A DNA stretch of 64,000 bases from Thermodesulfobacteriota bacterium (GTDB lineage: Bacteria > Desulfobacterota_D > UBA1144 > Nemesobacterales > JAJCZQ01), in NCBI GenBank assembly GCA_965215275.1, contig OZ244044.1:1536001-1600000 (forward strand), in the 5' to 3' direction. Under the pieces are notes generated by a model. It saw only the letters and a list, made by a program, of their open reading frames with translations. It was not told the origin of the DNA and did not search any database. Each line of letters starts with the position of its first letter. Within the stretch, counting starts at the first letter, position 1. This document shows positions 29,441 to 41,744 of this stretch, in pieces. The translations under genes and the position numbers were made by a program.

Positions 29441-32110
29441 TCACTTATCGTCTATGTTCTTTACAATTGCGAGCGTGTAGGCATTTGGGTCAATGAACTT
29501 TCTTGCCGTCTTTATAACGTCCTCTTTGGTTACAGAGAGTATTTTTTCCGGATATTTAGTGTATTCATTCCATCCAATTTTGTATATTTCATCAAAAGCT
29601 ATTCTATCAGCCTGTGCTGAGTTTCGCTGCAGTGCTATCTCAAAGCTTCCAACCAGATAGTTTTTTGCCCGGTTCAGTTCTTCATCCGTGATCCCGTGTT
29701 CAAGTAACTTTGCTATCTCATTATTGATCTCATTTATAGCATCTTGTTCCTTGTCGGGAGACGTTCCTATATAGATCCCAAAGGCACCGCTTTCTATGCC
29801 GGGATATAAAAAGGATGTAACTGAGTAAGCCATACTTTTTCTGTCCCTTAGTTCAATAAATAACCTTCCTCCTTGTCCAGCGAAGATCGAATTAAGAACC
29901 TTAAAGGCATAATAGTCCTTATCATAAAACGTGGGACCCAGGAACCCAAGTATAATGTGGGTTTGCTGTTTGTCTTTTTCGTAAATTATTTCTTCTTTTA
30001 TGCGGTTTCGTTTTTTTTCATTTTCAAGAGCGATACTGGCAGGCCCCTCTGAGCTTTGCATGTCCCCAAAGTACTTCTCTATCGTCTCTACTGTTTCACG
30101 CGTGTTAACGTTTCCCACTACGGATATTACAAGGTTGGACGGGCTTGCCAGATCTTTGTAAAAAGCATTTAGATCTTTACTGCTGAACCTTTTTACGTTT
30201 TCCATACTGCCAAGCACGTTAAACCTGTATGGATGCTCTGTATAAAGGGACCTTAGAAAAAGATTGATAGATTTTCTCAGCAGATTATCTTCCTGTCTTT
30301 TTATCTTTGATACGATTTCTCTTCTTGCCCTTTCAATTTCCTGTTTCGGAAAAGATGGATTTAAGACAACGTCTGAAAACAGCTCCATTGCCTGGTCGAA
30401 GTTCTTGCTCGGCGTTTCCACGGCGACACCGAAACTGTTCCTTCCGGAAAACCCTTCAAGTTCCCCTGCAATGGAATCGATCTCCAGAGCTATCTGTTCT
30501 GACGTACGGTTGGCGGTACCTCTTGTTAACATCTCGGATGTAAAGTTCGAAAGTCCGTTTGTAGCTTCGTTCTCATACCTTACACCACCTAAGAACACTG
30601 CTCTTGCGGCAAATAAGGGTACGGAGTGATTCTCTTTGATCAGTACTCTTATTCCGTTTTTCAATACTTTTCTGGTAACTGTACCGTTATCGTCACTGGA
30701 CTTGGACTTTTGTTTATATCTTGACCCAATGAGCCTTGCTTTATCGGTTATCGTGCGCTGTAGCTGGTCTTTGGTAACCGTTTTCTGATCGGAAGGAAGG
30801 AGTACTCCGGCTGTGACGTTCGAATCTGTAAAATACCTGCTTGCAACCTGCTTTATTTTCTCCGGCGTGACCTTGTTTATCTTATCTATGTACTGCCCTT
30901 CATATTCATAACTGCCCGCGTCGACTTCAAATGCACCAAGTTTTTGTGCCTGTCCCTGCATTGTTTCCATTGAATAGATGAAATCACTTTCAATGTTAAC
31001 TTTTGCCTTTTTAAGTTCATCATTGCTGACGGTAAAGTATTTTAATCTGTATATCTGTTCTGTTATTTCCTCAACGGCGCTGGTTACCTTATCTGCCTGA
31101 AGGTTTCCCCCGACCACGAAAATACCGTTGTGCTTGGGGGTGAAAGCATAAGCATAAATGGAATTTACCAGTCCCTTGTCTTCTTTTATCTTTCTGATCA
31201 GCCTTGAACTTTCTCCTTCGCTCAGAATGCTGGCTATAACGTTGAGCGCGGGAGTGTCTTCGTGCTTGATATCGGGAACGTGAAAGGCAATAGAGAAATA
31301 TGCCTCGTTTACGTCTTCATATAAAACAAAGGTTTTAATTGCTTTTTGTTCTGGTTCAGCTGAGATCTTGCATTCGGAGAATTTTCTTTCTTTAAGTTTG
31401 CCGAACGTTCTTTCTATTACCGGCTGGATATTTTTGGTCTTAAAATCCCCTACGATTATCAGTACCATGTTCTGAGGCGTGTACCATTTATTATAAAAGT
31501 TCAGCACTTTTTCCCTGTTGAACGAATCAACGCTTTCTTTCGTGCCTATTATCGGGTTTTTATAAGGGTGTTTTTCGTACGCCGTTGAAAACAGTTTCTG
31601 GCTGAGCACGCGGCCTGGCGTGTCTTTACCTCTTCTTATCTCTTCCTGAACCACTTCAAGTTCCTTTTCAAGTTCGGCGGGGTCAAAGGTGGAGTTTTGC
31701 ATTACGTCCGCCAGAATATCCAGCGTGGAAGTCAGGAACCTGCTTGCACTGACGACGTAATAGACCGTTTCATCAAAAGAGGTGTAGGCGTTTATATTTC
31801 CTCCTCCCCCTTCAATTATCCTGGCAATTTCTCCAACGGCACGTTTTTCAGTTCCTTTAAAGAGCATGTGTTCGTGTACGTGTGCCAGACCACGTTCTTC
31901 TTCGCTCTCGCAGGTGCTGCCGGTCTTAACCCATACGTTTACCGCGGTCACTGGGGAAGAGCTGTTTTCCTGAAGTATTACTGTCAGTCCGTTGTCCAGA
32001 ACGGATCTGGACACGCTTCTTCCATCTGGGATCTCTAGGCTCATTAAGTCCTCCTTATATAAATTTGAAGATATAAGTACAAAGGTGATCAGGATGATAA
32101 ACTTTTTCAT
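29441..32110 (-). CDS. M16 family zinc peptidase (two-module)
   Basis: GLAHVHEHMLFKGT (HxxEH), NAYTSFDET, second inactive module. Confidence 0.93.
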   Translation of the reverse strand: MKKFIILITFVLISSNLYKEDLMSLEIPDGRSVSRSVLDNGLTVILQENSSSPVTAVNVWVKTGSTCESEEERGLAHVHEHMLFKGTEKRAVGEIARIIEGGGGNINAYTSFDETVYYVVSASRFLTSTLDILADVMQNSTFDPAELEKELEVVQEEIRRGKDTPGRVLSQKLFSTAYEKHPYKNPIIGTKESVDSFNREKVLNFYNKWYTPQNMVLIIVGDFKTKNIQPVIERTFGKLKERKFSECKISAEPEQKAIKTFVLYEDVNEAYFSIAFHVPDIKHEDTPALNVIASILSEGESSRLIRKIKEDKGLVNSIYAYAFTPKHNGIFVVGGNLQADKVTSAVEEITEQIYRLKYFTVSNDELKKAKVNIESDFIYSMETMQGQAQKLGAFEVDAGSYEYEGQYIDKINKVTPEKIKQVASRYFTDSNVTAGVLLPSDQKTVTKDQLQRTITDKARLIGSRYKQKSKSSDDNGTVTRKVLKNGIRVLIKENHSVPLFAARAVFLGGVRYENEATNGLSNFTSEMLTRGTANRTSEQIALEIDSIAGELEGFSGRNSFGVAVETPSKNFDQAMELFSDVVLNPSFPKQEIERARREIVSKIKRQEDNLLRKSINLFLRSLYTEHPYRFNVLGSMENVKRFSSKDLNAFYKDLASPSNLVISVVGNVNTRETVETIEKYFGDMQSSEGPASIALENEKKRNRIKEEIIYEKDKQQTHIILGFLGPTFYDKDYYAFKVLNSIFAGQGGRLFIELRDRKSMAYSVTSFLYPGIESGAFGIYIGTSPDKEQDAINEINNEIAKLLEHGITDEELNRAKNYLVGSFEIALQRNSAQADRIAFDEIYKIGWNEYTKYPEKILSVTKEDVIKTARKFIDPNAYTLAIVKNIDDK

Positions 32111-32147
32111 CAGGGATAAATAAAAACTTCGTGATTTGATCTTGAGG

Positions 32148-32996
32148 CTATGTTTTTGGCTTGATCAGATTGGTGTATTTTTTCTCCGTCTCCGATTTTT
32201 TCCAGGCTCTGCGCTTTTTAATAAGATTGTAAGCGTATATGAACAGTCCAGATAAAAAATAAGAATAAACTATGATTATCACCATTGCGGATGGATTAGA
32301 AACGATGGCCGTTATGATTATTGCTGCAATTACCAGTACGTTGAACTGTCCCTTCATCCTTAACGTGTAGATCTTTCTGTAAGGGAGATTACTGACCATT
32401 AAGATCCCTACGACCGGAGGTAAGATCAGATAATACCATACGAGCTCCTGAGTTGGTAAGCGATGAAAGTCCGCAAGGAGCATTATCGGTGCGAACATCA
32501 GTCCTGCTGCCATCGGGCTCGGCAGCCCCGAGAAGCTGTTTTTTTCTTCGTTATTGACCTGAATGTTAAATCTTGCAAGCCTTAATGCAACACATACTAT
32601 GTATAAAAGCAGGGCCATAAGGCCCATCTCGCCCATGTTCATAAGACACCAGACGTATACCAGGACCGCTGGAGCAACCCCGAACGAGACCATGTCCGAC
32701 AAAGAGTCATAAGATACCCCGAACTTACTTTCTGAACCGAGTGCACGTGCGATCTTGCCGTCGAGCATATCAAACACGATCGCCAGTGCAATAAAGCCCG
32801 CTGCCCACCAGAACTTATCGTGCAGCTTGTCCAGCGGAAAACCGGGAGTGACCTTTGCGGATAAGATCTGCAGGGACTGCATGATCGATGCCAGCCCCAG
32901 GGTCAGGCTGCAGGTCGTTATGATATTAGGCAGTAAAGGGATGAGCTTTTCCCTTTTCAGTCTTTTTTTGCTTAATCTCTTTTTTCTATTAACCAT
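32148..32996 (-). CDS. pssA: CDP-diacylglycerol--serine O-phosphatidyltransferase
   Basis: LPNIIT, DMLDGKIAR, DSLSDMVSFGVAP, RLARFN; adjacent to psd; start may be slightly downstream. Confidence 0.93.
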   Translation of the reverse strand: MVNRKKRLSKKRLKREKLIPLLPNIITTCSLTLGLASIMQSLQILSAKVTPGFPLDKLHDKFWWAAGFIALAIVFDMLDGKIARALGSESKFGVSYDSLSDMVSFGVAPAVLVYVWCLMNMGEMGLMALLLYIVCVALRLARFNIQVNNEEKNSFSGLPSPMAAGLMFAPIMLLADFHRLPTQELVWYYLILPPVVGILMVSNLPYRKIYTLRMKGQFNVLVIAAIIITAIVSNPSAMVIIIVYSYFLSGLFIYAYNLIKKRRAWKKSETEKKYTNLIKPKT

Positions 32997-33627
32997 GCTA
33001 TTACGGTTTCCCCTGCCTTTACCTTATCACCTTCCCGAACCTCCGTTACGGAACCAGCGGGCAGGTATATGTCCATCCTCGAACCAAATTTTATTATTCC
33101 AAATCTCTCACCCTGATTATAATAACTGCCTACGCCGGCATGTGACACGATCCTGCGAGCTAAAAAGCCGGCAACCTGTGAAAATACTATTTTAAGACCT
33201 TTGTCAAGTTCTACCAGGGTAAGCAGTTGTTCATTTTCACTGGACAGTTCCTTATCATACGCCAGATTGTATTTGCCGTGTTTATATTTTGTAGCCAGGA
33301 CCTTTCCGGAAACGGGAAAGCGATTTACGTGACAGTCAAGAATGGACAGGAATATGCTTATTTTCCGGCAGTCTTTCTTTAAAAATTCCGGCTCGTCAGA
33401 GGTCGATATATCTATTACTTTACCATCGGCGGGTGATACAACGGCATCCGGGTCATTGACCGTGTTCCTTTCAGGGTCTCTGAAAAAGAAGATCAGACAG
33501 GCCGTCAGTACCAGGAGAACAAGGGATAATGACGGAAGTTCCAGAAGGGCCAGTATCCAGCCTGAAACTCCCACTCCCAGTATAACGGTCAGACCTTCAG
33601 GAGATATTCCTGTAAATTTTTTAGTCA

Positions 33628-33628
<1 letters not shown>
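32972..33628 (-). CDS. psd: Phosphatidylserine decarboxylase
   Basis: FFFRDPER, SPADG, HVNR, KFGSRMD cleavage site. Confidence 0.93.
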
Positions 33629-35149
<1,521 letters not shown>

Positions 35150-35214
35150 TTTTAACCTTCCATCCTTAAGGGGATATGATTAAAGCAAGGATAATACATG
35201 CTTTTTTCCAGCTT

Positions 35215-36921
35215 TCATGCAACGTCGACCGGCTGCATTATCATGTCGTTCATTGCTCCTCCCGGAGTTATCATCGGATAAACCATCTCCGTGGGGTCCA
35301 CGACTATTTCCATAAGCACGACCCCTTCGGTATTTATCCCTTCCTTCAGCGTGGGTTCCAGTTCTTCCGGTTTTTCGGCTTTTATGCCCTTTGCTCCAAA
35401 GGCTTGTGCCAGCTTGACGAAATCCGGCAGCACTTCGAACTTGGAGGAAGAGTAGTTACTTTCAAAGAACATGGTCTGCCACTGCCTTACCATTCCGTGA
35501 TGCTGATTATTAAATACGATGATCTTCAGGTCCATATCGTTCTCGACCGCCGTTGCAAGTTCCTGAAAGTTCATCTGAAAGCTCCCGTCGCCGCATACTG
35601 CAATGACCAGGTCGTCGGGTTTTGCGAATTTAGCTCCCATGGCAGCGGGAAATCCAAATCCCATCGTTCCCAGTCCTCCGGAATTTATCCAGGTCCTGGG
35701 TTTTGTAAATTTATAGAACTGAGCAAGCCACATCTGATGCTGACCCACGTCTGACACGATGATCGCGTCCCCCTTTGTAAGTTTAGACAGCAGATCGATC
35801 GTATAAGAGGTCGAGATCATATCTCCGTTCTGGTTGGGAAGAAGAGGATGTGTCCTGTCCCACTCGTTTATCTGATCTATCCATGCCTTGTGATCTTTGC
35901 CGGTATTTTCCGGCAGTTTTTCCAGAAGCTGTTTCAGTATCTGCTTTGCATCTCCGACTATCGGACAGTGCACCGTTATATTCTTGTCGATCGTTGCAGG
36001 GTCTATATCAATATGGATGATCTTTGCCTTGGGGGCGAATTCATCGAATTTTCCGCCAGTTGCCCTGTCGTCGAACCTTGCTCCGATGGATATGACAAGA
36101 TCGGACTCATGAACCGCCATGTTGGATGCATAAGAACCGTGCATGCCAAGAAAGTTTACGTACATCGGATTGCTTGGTGGCAGAGCACCCAGGCCCATTA
36201 AGGTGGAGCAGAGAGGGATCTGCATTCTTTCCACAAGCTGCGTGAGTTCGTCCGTTGCATTTGCACAGATCACTCCGCCTCCGCAGAAGACCACTGGCCT
36301 TTCTGATCTCGTTATAAGATCTACCGCTTTTTTGATCTGAGATGGATTGCCTTTTAAATTGGGCTTGTATCCGCGGATGTTTATCTCTTTCGGTATTACA
36401 AATTCATCCTCACCGACCAGAACGTCTTTGGGCATATCAACGAGCACGGGACTGGGTCTTCCGGTCGTTGCAATATGAAATGCCTCGAGCATTGTGCCGG
36501 GCAGGTCGGCCGTTTTTCTTACAAGGTAGTTGTGTTTGGTGCAGGGCATCGTAATACCTATATGATCGGCTTCCTGGAACGCGTCGCTGCCCAGGTACTG
36601 CGTGGGAACCTGTCCCGTAAAGATAACTACGGGAGAGGAGTCCATCTGAGCGGTTGCTATACCCGTCACGGTGTTTGTAGCGGCTGGTCCGGAGGTGCAG
36701 AGTACCACGCCGGCCTTTCCTGAAGCCCTAGCGTAACCATCGGCCATATGCGTTGCAGCCTGTTCATGTCTTGCAAGCACGTGTCGTATCCTGTCCGTGT
36801 AACCGGTCATTACGTCATAAACTTTGAGCACGTAGCCACCGGGCAGTCCAAAGACAACGTCTACTCCCTGGTGAAGAAGTGTTTCAAAAAACATCTGTGC
36901 TCCAAGCATCCTCTTAGCCAT
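35215..36921 (-). CDS. ilvB: Acetolactate synthase large subunit
   Basis: RHEQ, TSGPAATN, DVGQHQMW, GDGSFQMN. Confidence 0.96.
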   Translation of the reverse strand: MAKRMLGAQMFFETLLHQGVDVVFGLPGGYVLKVYDVMTGYTDRIRHVLARHEQAATHMADGYARASGKAGVVLCTSGPAATNTVTGIATAQMDSSPVVIFTGQVPTQYLGSDAFQEADHIGITMPCTKHNYLVRKTADLPGTMLEAFHIATTGRPSPVLVDMPKDVLVGEDEFVIPKEINIRGYKPNLKGNPSQIKKAVDLITRSERPVVFCGGGVICANATDELTQLVERMQIPLCSTLMGLGALPPSNPMYVNFLGMHGSYASNMAVHESDLVISIGARFDDRATGGKFDEFAPKAKIIHIDIDPATIDKNITVHCPIVGDAKQILKQLLEKLPENTGKDHKAWIDQINEWDRTHPLLPNQNGDMISTSYTIDLLSKLTKGDAIIVSDVGQHQMWLAQFYKFTKPRTWINSGGLGTMGFGFPAAMGAKFAKPDDLVIAVCGDGSFQMNFQELATAVENDMDLKIIVFNNQHHGMVRQWQTMFFESNYSSSKFEVLPDFVKLAQAFGAKGIKAEKPEELEPTLKEGINTEGVVLMEIVVDPTEMVYPMITPGGAMNDMIMQPVDVA

Positions 36922-37036
36922 TATAAACTCCCTTAGGGTCTGCGGTCTTGATCGTTCAATCCCAGATTAAAATATTTACATTAAAAAAGATATTGTAATA
37001 TGTATAATTCTATTTTTCAATTTTGTTGGTCTTATA

Positions 37037-37708
37037 TCAGTTCGTACTTGCCGGCCTTTTGATATAGCTGGGAGTTAACGTCATAGGGTCATCTTCAATA
37101 CCTTCTTTCAACTTACTGTAACCTATAAGTGCACAATGCGACGACCTGGGGTTGTTAAACGATCTTCCGGCTATTATTGCAAGACCTTTCATATGCTCGT
37201 TTAAAACGTCTTGATAGATCGGAACTGCATCTCCGACGAATATGGTTTTTTCATTTAAGCCGCTGCACAGGTCCTTGATCGTTTGAACTTTTTCATCCCT
37301 GATCTGCCTGATAGTTCCGCTGCGATATTCAAATACCGATGAGTATACTTCATTCCGCTTGGCGTCCGTTAACGTGCATATTTTTCTGTCAGTGCAGGGA
37401 ACGTTCAACGCCAGGACCTCAAGCGACGATACTCCGATAATCTGCAGTTTAAGTGCGTAGGCAAAGGATTTTGCCGTTACAACCCCGACCCTGAGAGAGG
37501 TGAACGAACCAGGACCGATGGACACGGCTATGCCCTGCAGTTCATATCTTTTTATATTCAGGGTTTTAAGCAGCCAGTCGATCGAGGAAGTTATGTTCTC
37601 TGAGTGCACGGGACCTAAGTTCAGAAGGCACTCTCCAAGTAACCTGTTATCTTCAGTAACTGATACGCTGCCCAGATGGGATGACGTGTCTATGCCAAGT
37701 AGTTTCAT
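37037..37708 (-). CDS. tsaB: tRNA threonylcarbamoyladenosine biosynthesis protein TsaB
   Basis: LGIDTS, GPGSFTSLRVG, DAKRNEVY. Confidence 0.93.
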   Translation of the reverse strand: MKLLGIDTSSHLGSVSVTEDNRLLGECLLNLGPVHSENITSSIDWLLKTLNIKRYELQGIAVSIGPGSFTSLRVGVVTAKSFAYALKLQIIGVSSLEVLALNVPCTDRKICTLTDAKRNEVYSSVFEYRSGTIRQIRDEKVQTIKDLCSGLNEKTIFVGDAVPIYQDVLNEHMKGLAIIAGRSFNNPRSSHCALIGYSKLKEGIEDDPMTLTPSYIKRPASTN

Positions 37709-37961
37709 ATTTATAAGAAGAACGAACGTCCTGACGTTTCAGCTGTGCTGTGAAGTCCCCTGTACATTAACAGCCGTGTATTTTCTGCATGCAGCCTGAT
37801 CCGTTACACGTTCGGACTTTTTACAGGAAGTGCTCATGAAGTGATCTGCTTCTTAATTTTGAACGTCCTTATTTAAGCGGGACCACTTTTTGACCTTACG
37901 TACCTTATCATTTACTTTGCAGAACAGAGCCGGTTTACCTTATAAGCGGCAGACCCGGTGC

Positions 37962-38025
37962 ATCAGGCCGTCCGGCGGGTATTAGTATTAACTGACTTAT
38001 TAATACTGATCCGGCCGTTCCTGAT
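37962..38025 (-). terminator. Long imperfect hairpin immediately downstream of recA
   Basis: ATCAGG...AGTATTAA-N8-TTAATACT...CCTGAT nested inverted repeat; no U-tract. Confidence 0.4.
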
Positions 38026-38027
38026 CA

Positions 38028-39077
38028 CTATCCGTTACTTTGTCCCTGTCTGCCATTCCTGTTCGGTACTCCACTTTCTTCTAATATCTTAAAATATATT
38101 TCCTTTCTTATTTCGGGGTTTTCAATTAAGAAGTTTTTGGCATTTTCCTTTCCCTGACCAAGCTTTTCGTCCTTATAGGAGACCCAGGTCCCGCTTCTGT
38201 CCAGAACCTTATATTTTATTCCCAGGTCCACCAGTTCGCTTAACTGGGATATCCCTTTTCCGAAGATCAGATCAAGTTCTGCTTCTCTGAACGGCGGAGC
38301 CACTTTGTTCTTGGTTACTTTGACCCGGACCCTGTTTGCCAGGATCTTGTCCCCGTCCTTCAGGGATGCGATCTTTTTTACCTCCATTCTTACCGATGCA
38401 GAAAATTTAAGTGCCTTTCCTCCTGGCGTGGTCGTGGGGTTGCCATAGATCGGGCGACTCTCGATCCTCATACGGGTCTGGTTGGTAAAGATAACGACCG
38501 TTTTGGACTTGTTGATAGTTGCGGTCATTTTTCTGAGTGCCTGAGACATCAGCCTTGCCTGCAGGCCCACGTGCGCGGCTCCCATATCACCTTCGATCTC
38601 GGCCCGTGGCGTCAGGGCCGCGACCGAGTCAAGCACTATAGTGTCCACCGCACCGCTTCTTAGCAGGGAATCCACTATCTCAAGTGCTTCTTCACCACTC
38701 TCCGGCTGAGATACCAGCAGGTCATCGACCTTTACGCCGAGATTCCTGGCATATACTGCGTCAAGTGCGTGTTCGACGTCTACAAAAGCCGCAATTCCTC
38801 CCGCCTTTTGTGCTTCTGCGATCGAATGGAGCGTTATGGTCGTTTTGCCAGTGGATTCCTCTCCATATATCTCAACTATCCTTCCTCTCGGCAGTCCTCC
38901 GACCCCAAGTGCAATATCCATTCCCAGCGAACCGGTTGAGATCACGGAGAGACTTAAGGCAGGAGTATCTGCTCCCAGTCTCATTATAGAACCTTTACCA
39001 AACTGTTTTTCAATAGAGGAGATCGCAATATCTATGGATTTTTCTCTATCATCTTTTACCTTGCTGTTCTTGGGCAT
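38028..39077 (-). CDS. recA: Recombinase RecA
   Basis: [43 protein letters not shown]. Confidence 0.98.
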   Translation of the reverse strand: MPKNSKVKDDREKSIDIAISSIEKQFGKGSIMRLGADTPALSLSVISTGSLGMDIALGVGGLPRGRIVEIYGEESTGKTTITLHSIAEAQKAGGIAAFVDVEHALDAVYARNLGVKVDDLLVSQPESGEEALEIVDSLLRSGAVDTIVLDSVAALTPRAEIEGDMGAAHVGLQARLMSQALRKMTATINKSKTVVIFTNQTRMRIESRPIYGNPTTTPGGKALKFSASVRMEVKKIASLKDGDKILANRVRVKVTKNKVAPPFREAELDLIFGKGISQLSELVDLGIKYKVLDRSGTWVSYKDEKLGQGKENAKNFLIENPEIRKEIYFKILEESGVPNRNGRQGQSNG

Positions 39078-39095
39078 AGTCGTTCCTTTGATTAT

Positions 39096-40355
39096 TTAAG
39101 TGTTAGAATCATTATCTACTTTTCTTCTTATAATATCAAGTGCATACTTACTCGATGCCATCTTAATATCTTTTCTTGTTCCGTTAAATCTGTATTTTTG
39201 AGAACAGGGGGGTTCTTCTTTATAGGCCATTCCTATGTAAACGGTGCCAACTGGTTTTTCCCTGCTGCCCCCTCCTGGTCCCGCAACGCCGGAGATCGCA
39301 ACCCCTATATCAGCACCGCTCAGGTCCTTAATTCCCTCGGCCATCGCTTCTACCACCTGAGAACTGACGGCACCGTGTTCAGTGATGAGCTCTTCATCCA
39401 CTTTCAGCAGTTCAGACTTTGAAGCATTGTTGTAACTTATAACTCCTCTTACAAAATAAGCGGAGCTGCCCGGTACGTCGGTGAGAATGCTCGCGAGCAG
39501 TCCACCGGTGCATGATTCAGCGGTTGCCACAGTTAAGTTATTTTCAAAGAGAAGTTTTGAAACTACCTCTTCCATACTTTCGTCTTCAGCCGTGAACACG
39601 TGTTTTCCAAGCCTGTCCTTTAACAGGTACGTGTATTTGTCTATGTTCTTGCCTGCCGGTCCTTCATCTTCGTCCTTTGAAGTTAATCTGAGGTGTATTT
39701 CAGGGTAGTATATCCTGTAGCTTATCTCCACGTTATCAAACACGATACCGCTTAGCCTCGTTGCTATCTCCGATTCACCAAGGCCAACCGTTTTAATGGT
39801 CCTTGTGGTGACCCTTGGACTTATGTTCAGACAGCCGAGTTCGTTAAGTACGTCAGGGAACACAAAGTTTGTAACCATGGATCTGAACTCTCCGGGAATT
39901 CCGGGAAGAAAGTAGAAAGAGCGTTTACCCTTAACGAGTTTAAAACCGGAAGAGGTACCGACCTCGTTTTTAATAACGAGGGAATTTTCCGGGAACATTG
40001 CCTGTTTTCTGTGTACGGAAAGGACTTTCCTGCCTCTTTCGTGCAGTTTGCTCTCGATCTTTTTAAATTCTTCCTCGTTAAAGACAAGAGGGGCGTTAAA
40101 AAAACTGGAAGCTGCCGACGCGGTCAGGTCATCGTCCGTAGGTCCCAGCCCTCCCGTGACTATTACAAAGTCCGACCTTCCTGACGCGTTTTTCAGTGCG
40201 GAGAGAATATCGTCCTTATCGTCTCCTGTGGAGCAGTGATGTCTGATCGTCAGGCCATGGTCGGTGAACTTTTTCGCCGTCCATGAAAAATTAGTGTCAA
40301 CGGTCAGACCTGACATTATCTCATTACCTGTGGATATGAATTCAACGTTTTTCAT
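39096..40355 (-). CDS. cinA: Competence/damage-inducible protein CinA (MoCF-binding plus PncC domains)
   Basis: TGGLGPTDDDLT, LPGIPGE, AESCTGG, SGVAGPGG. Confidence 0.95.
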   Translation of the reverse strand: MKNVEFISTGNEIMSGLTVDTNFSWTAKKFTDHGLTIRHHCSTGDDKDDILSALKNASGRSDFVIVTGGLGPTDDDLTASAASSFFNAPLVFNEEEFKKIESKLHERGRKVLSVHRKQAMFPENSLVIKNEVGTSSGFKLVKGKRSFYFLPGIPGEFRSMVTNFVFPDVLNELGCLNISPRVTTRTIKTVGLGESEIATRLSGIVFDNVEISYRIYYPEIHLRLTSKDEDEGPAGKNIDKYTYLLKDRLGKHVFTAEDESMEEVVSKLLFENNLTVATAESCTGGLLASILTDVPGSSAYFVRGVISYNNASKSELLKVDEELITEHGAVSSQVVEAMAEGIKDLSGADIGVAISGVAGPGGGSREKPVGTVYIGMAYKEEPPCSQKYRFNGTRKDIKMASSKYALDIIRRKVDNDSNT

Positions 40356-40367
40356 AGTCTTTGACCG

Positions 40368-40829
40368 TTATTTCATTACAGTAAAATAGTTTATACAGAT
40401 AAGTATCAGGTTTGTGTAGACCCCGGCGGCAATATCGTCCATAACGATACCATAACCTCCTTTTAACCTCTCAAGCCAGTTTACCGGAAAGGGTTTTACA
40501 ATATCGAACGCTCTGAACAGAACAAAGCCTGTTATAATATTTACAGCGGTCGGTTCAATGAGCGCCATCGCCACAAGGTATCCGACGACTTCGTCCAGTA
40601 CCACTTCTTTCGGGTCGTTGTTTTTATATATTTTTATGGCCTTAAAAGATAAGAATATACAGAGTACGGACAGGACCACTACCAGGAGAAGGTACTGAAG
40701 ATCTGTCAAGGACCGGGACATGACATAGTAAAGGGGCAAAGCCCCGATAGTACCGCAGGAACCGGGAGCAAAAGGTGAATAACCCAGATAGAAAAAACTT
40801 GTAAGAGCGGTTATCAGTCTGTTTGTCAA
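40368..40829 (-). CDS. pgpA: Phosphatidylglycerophosphatase A
   Basis: APGSCGT, DPKEVVLDEVVG, FRAFDIVKP, GIVMDDIAAG. Confidence 0.95.
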   Translation of the reverse strand: MTNRLITALTSFFYLGYSPFAPGSCGTIGALPLYYVMSRSLTDLQYLLLVVVLSVLCIFLSFKAIKIYKNNDPKEVVLDEVVGYLVAMALIEPTAVNIITGFVLFRAFDIVKPFPVNWLERLKGGYGIVMDDIAAGVYTNLILICINYFTVMK

Positions 40830-40952
40830 TTTACTTTAGACCTTGTTAAAAAAACAGGGAATGAAAAATGATAGGTTTCCTTTAATGTTTTTTCAATTTC
40901 GTTTACAATAATTTTATCTTGTTTAAAAGCAAATTTTATTCCAAAGACCAAA

Positions 40953-41744
40953 ATGGCAAAAACGATATGCGTTGTAAATCAAAAAGGTGGCGTGGGAAAG
41001 ACGACCACCGCTGTAAATCTCGGAGCATCCCTGGCTGCTGCTGATAAAAAAACCCTGATCGTGGATTTTGATCCCCAGGGGAATGCATCGAGCGGACTTG
41101 GTCTGGAAAAGCAGGATATTGAGAAGAACATATACGGTGCCCTGATCGGAGAGATAAACATTAAAGAAGCTATATATCCGGTTCATAAGGACAGCTTGAA
41201 CGACTTTCTGCACGTTTCTCCTTCTAATACGGAACTGACCGGTGCTGAAGTGGAGCTGCTTCACGTTGATGATAAGGAGTCCATATTAAAGAACATGCTT
41301 TTTATGATCAAAGATGATTATGAATACGTTATAATCGACTGTCCTCCTTCGCTTGGTATATTGACGATCAACGCGCTGACCGCTGCAGATTCGGTCCTCG
41401 TGCCGATCCAGTGTGAGTACTACGCACTGGAAGGTCTTGGGCAGCTTCAGAGCATTCTTTCCCTGGTACGCCAGAGGCTCAACGCAGACCTTAAGGTCGA
41501 AGGATATCTTCTTACTATGTTCGATACCAGAAATAACATCTGCCATTCCGTTGCGAACGAGATCAAAAGCTATTTTAACGAACAGGTGTTCGAGTCTGTA
41601 ATTACAAGGAACGTTAAGTTGGCCGAGGCTCCGAGTTTTGGTAAACCCTTAATGCTTTACGACGTCAGGTCCACGGGTTCGGAAAACTATCTTTCGCTGG
41701 CAAGAGAGATCATTATGCGTGAAAATGGAGGTCCGCCGCTTTGA
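40953..41744 (+). CDS. parA: Chromosome partitioning ATPase ParA/Soj
   Basis: NQKGGVGKTTT, DPQGNA, IDCPPSLG, QCEYYALEG. Confidence 0.96.
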   Translation: MAKTICVVNQKGGVGKTTTAVNLGASLAAADKKTLIVDFDPQGNASSGLGLEKQDIEKNIYGALIGEINIKEAIYPVHKDSLNDFLHVSPSNTELTGAEVELLHVDDKESILKNMLFMIKDDYEYVIIDCPPSLGILTINALTAADSVLVPIQCEYYALEGLGQLQSILSLVRQRLNADLKVEGYLLTMFDTRNNICHSVANEIKSYFNEQVFESVITRNVKLAEAPSFGKPLMLYDVRSTGSENYLSLAREIIMRENGGPPL

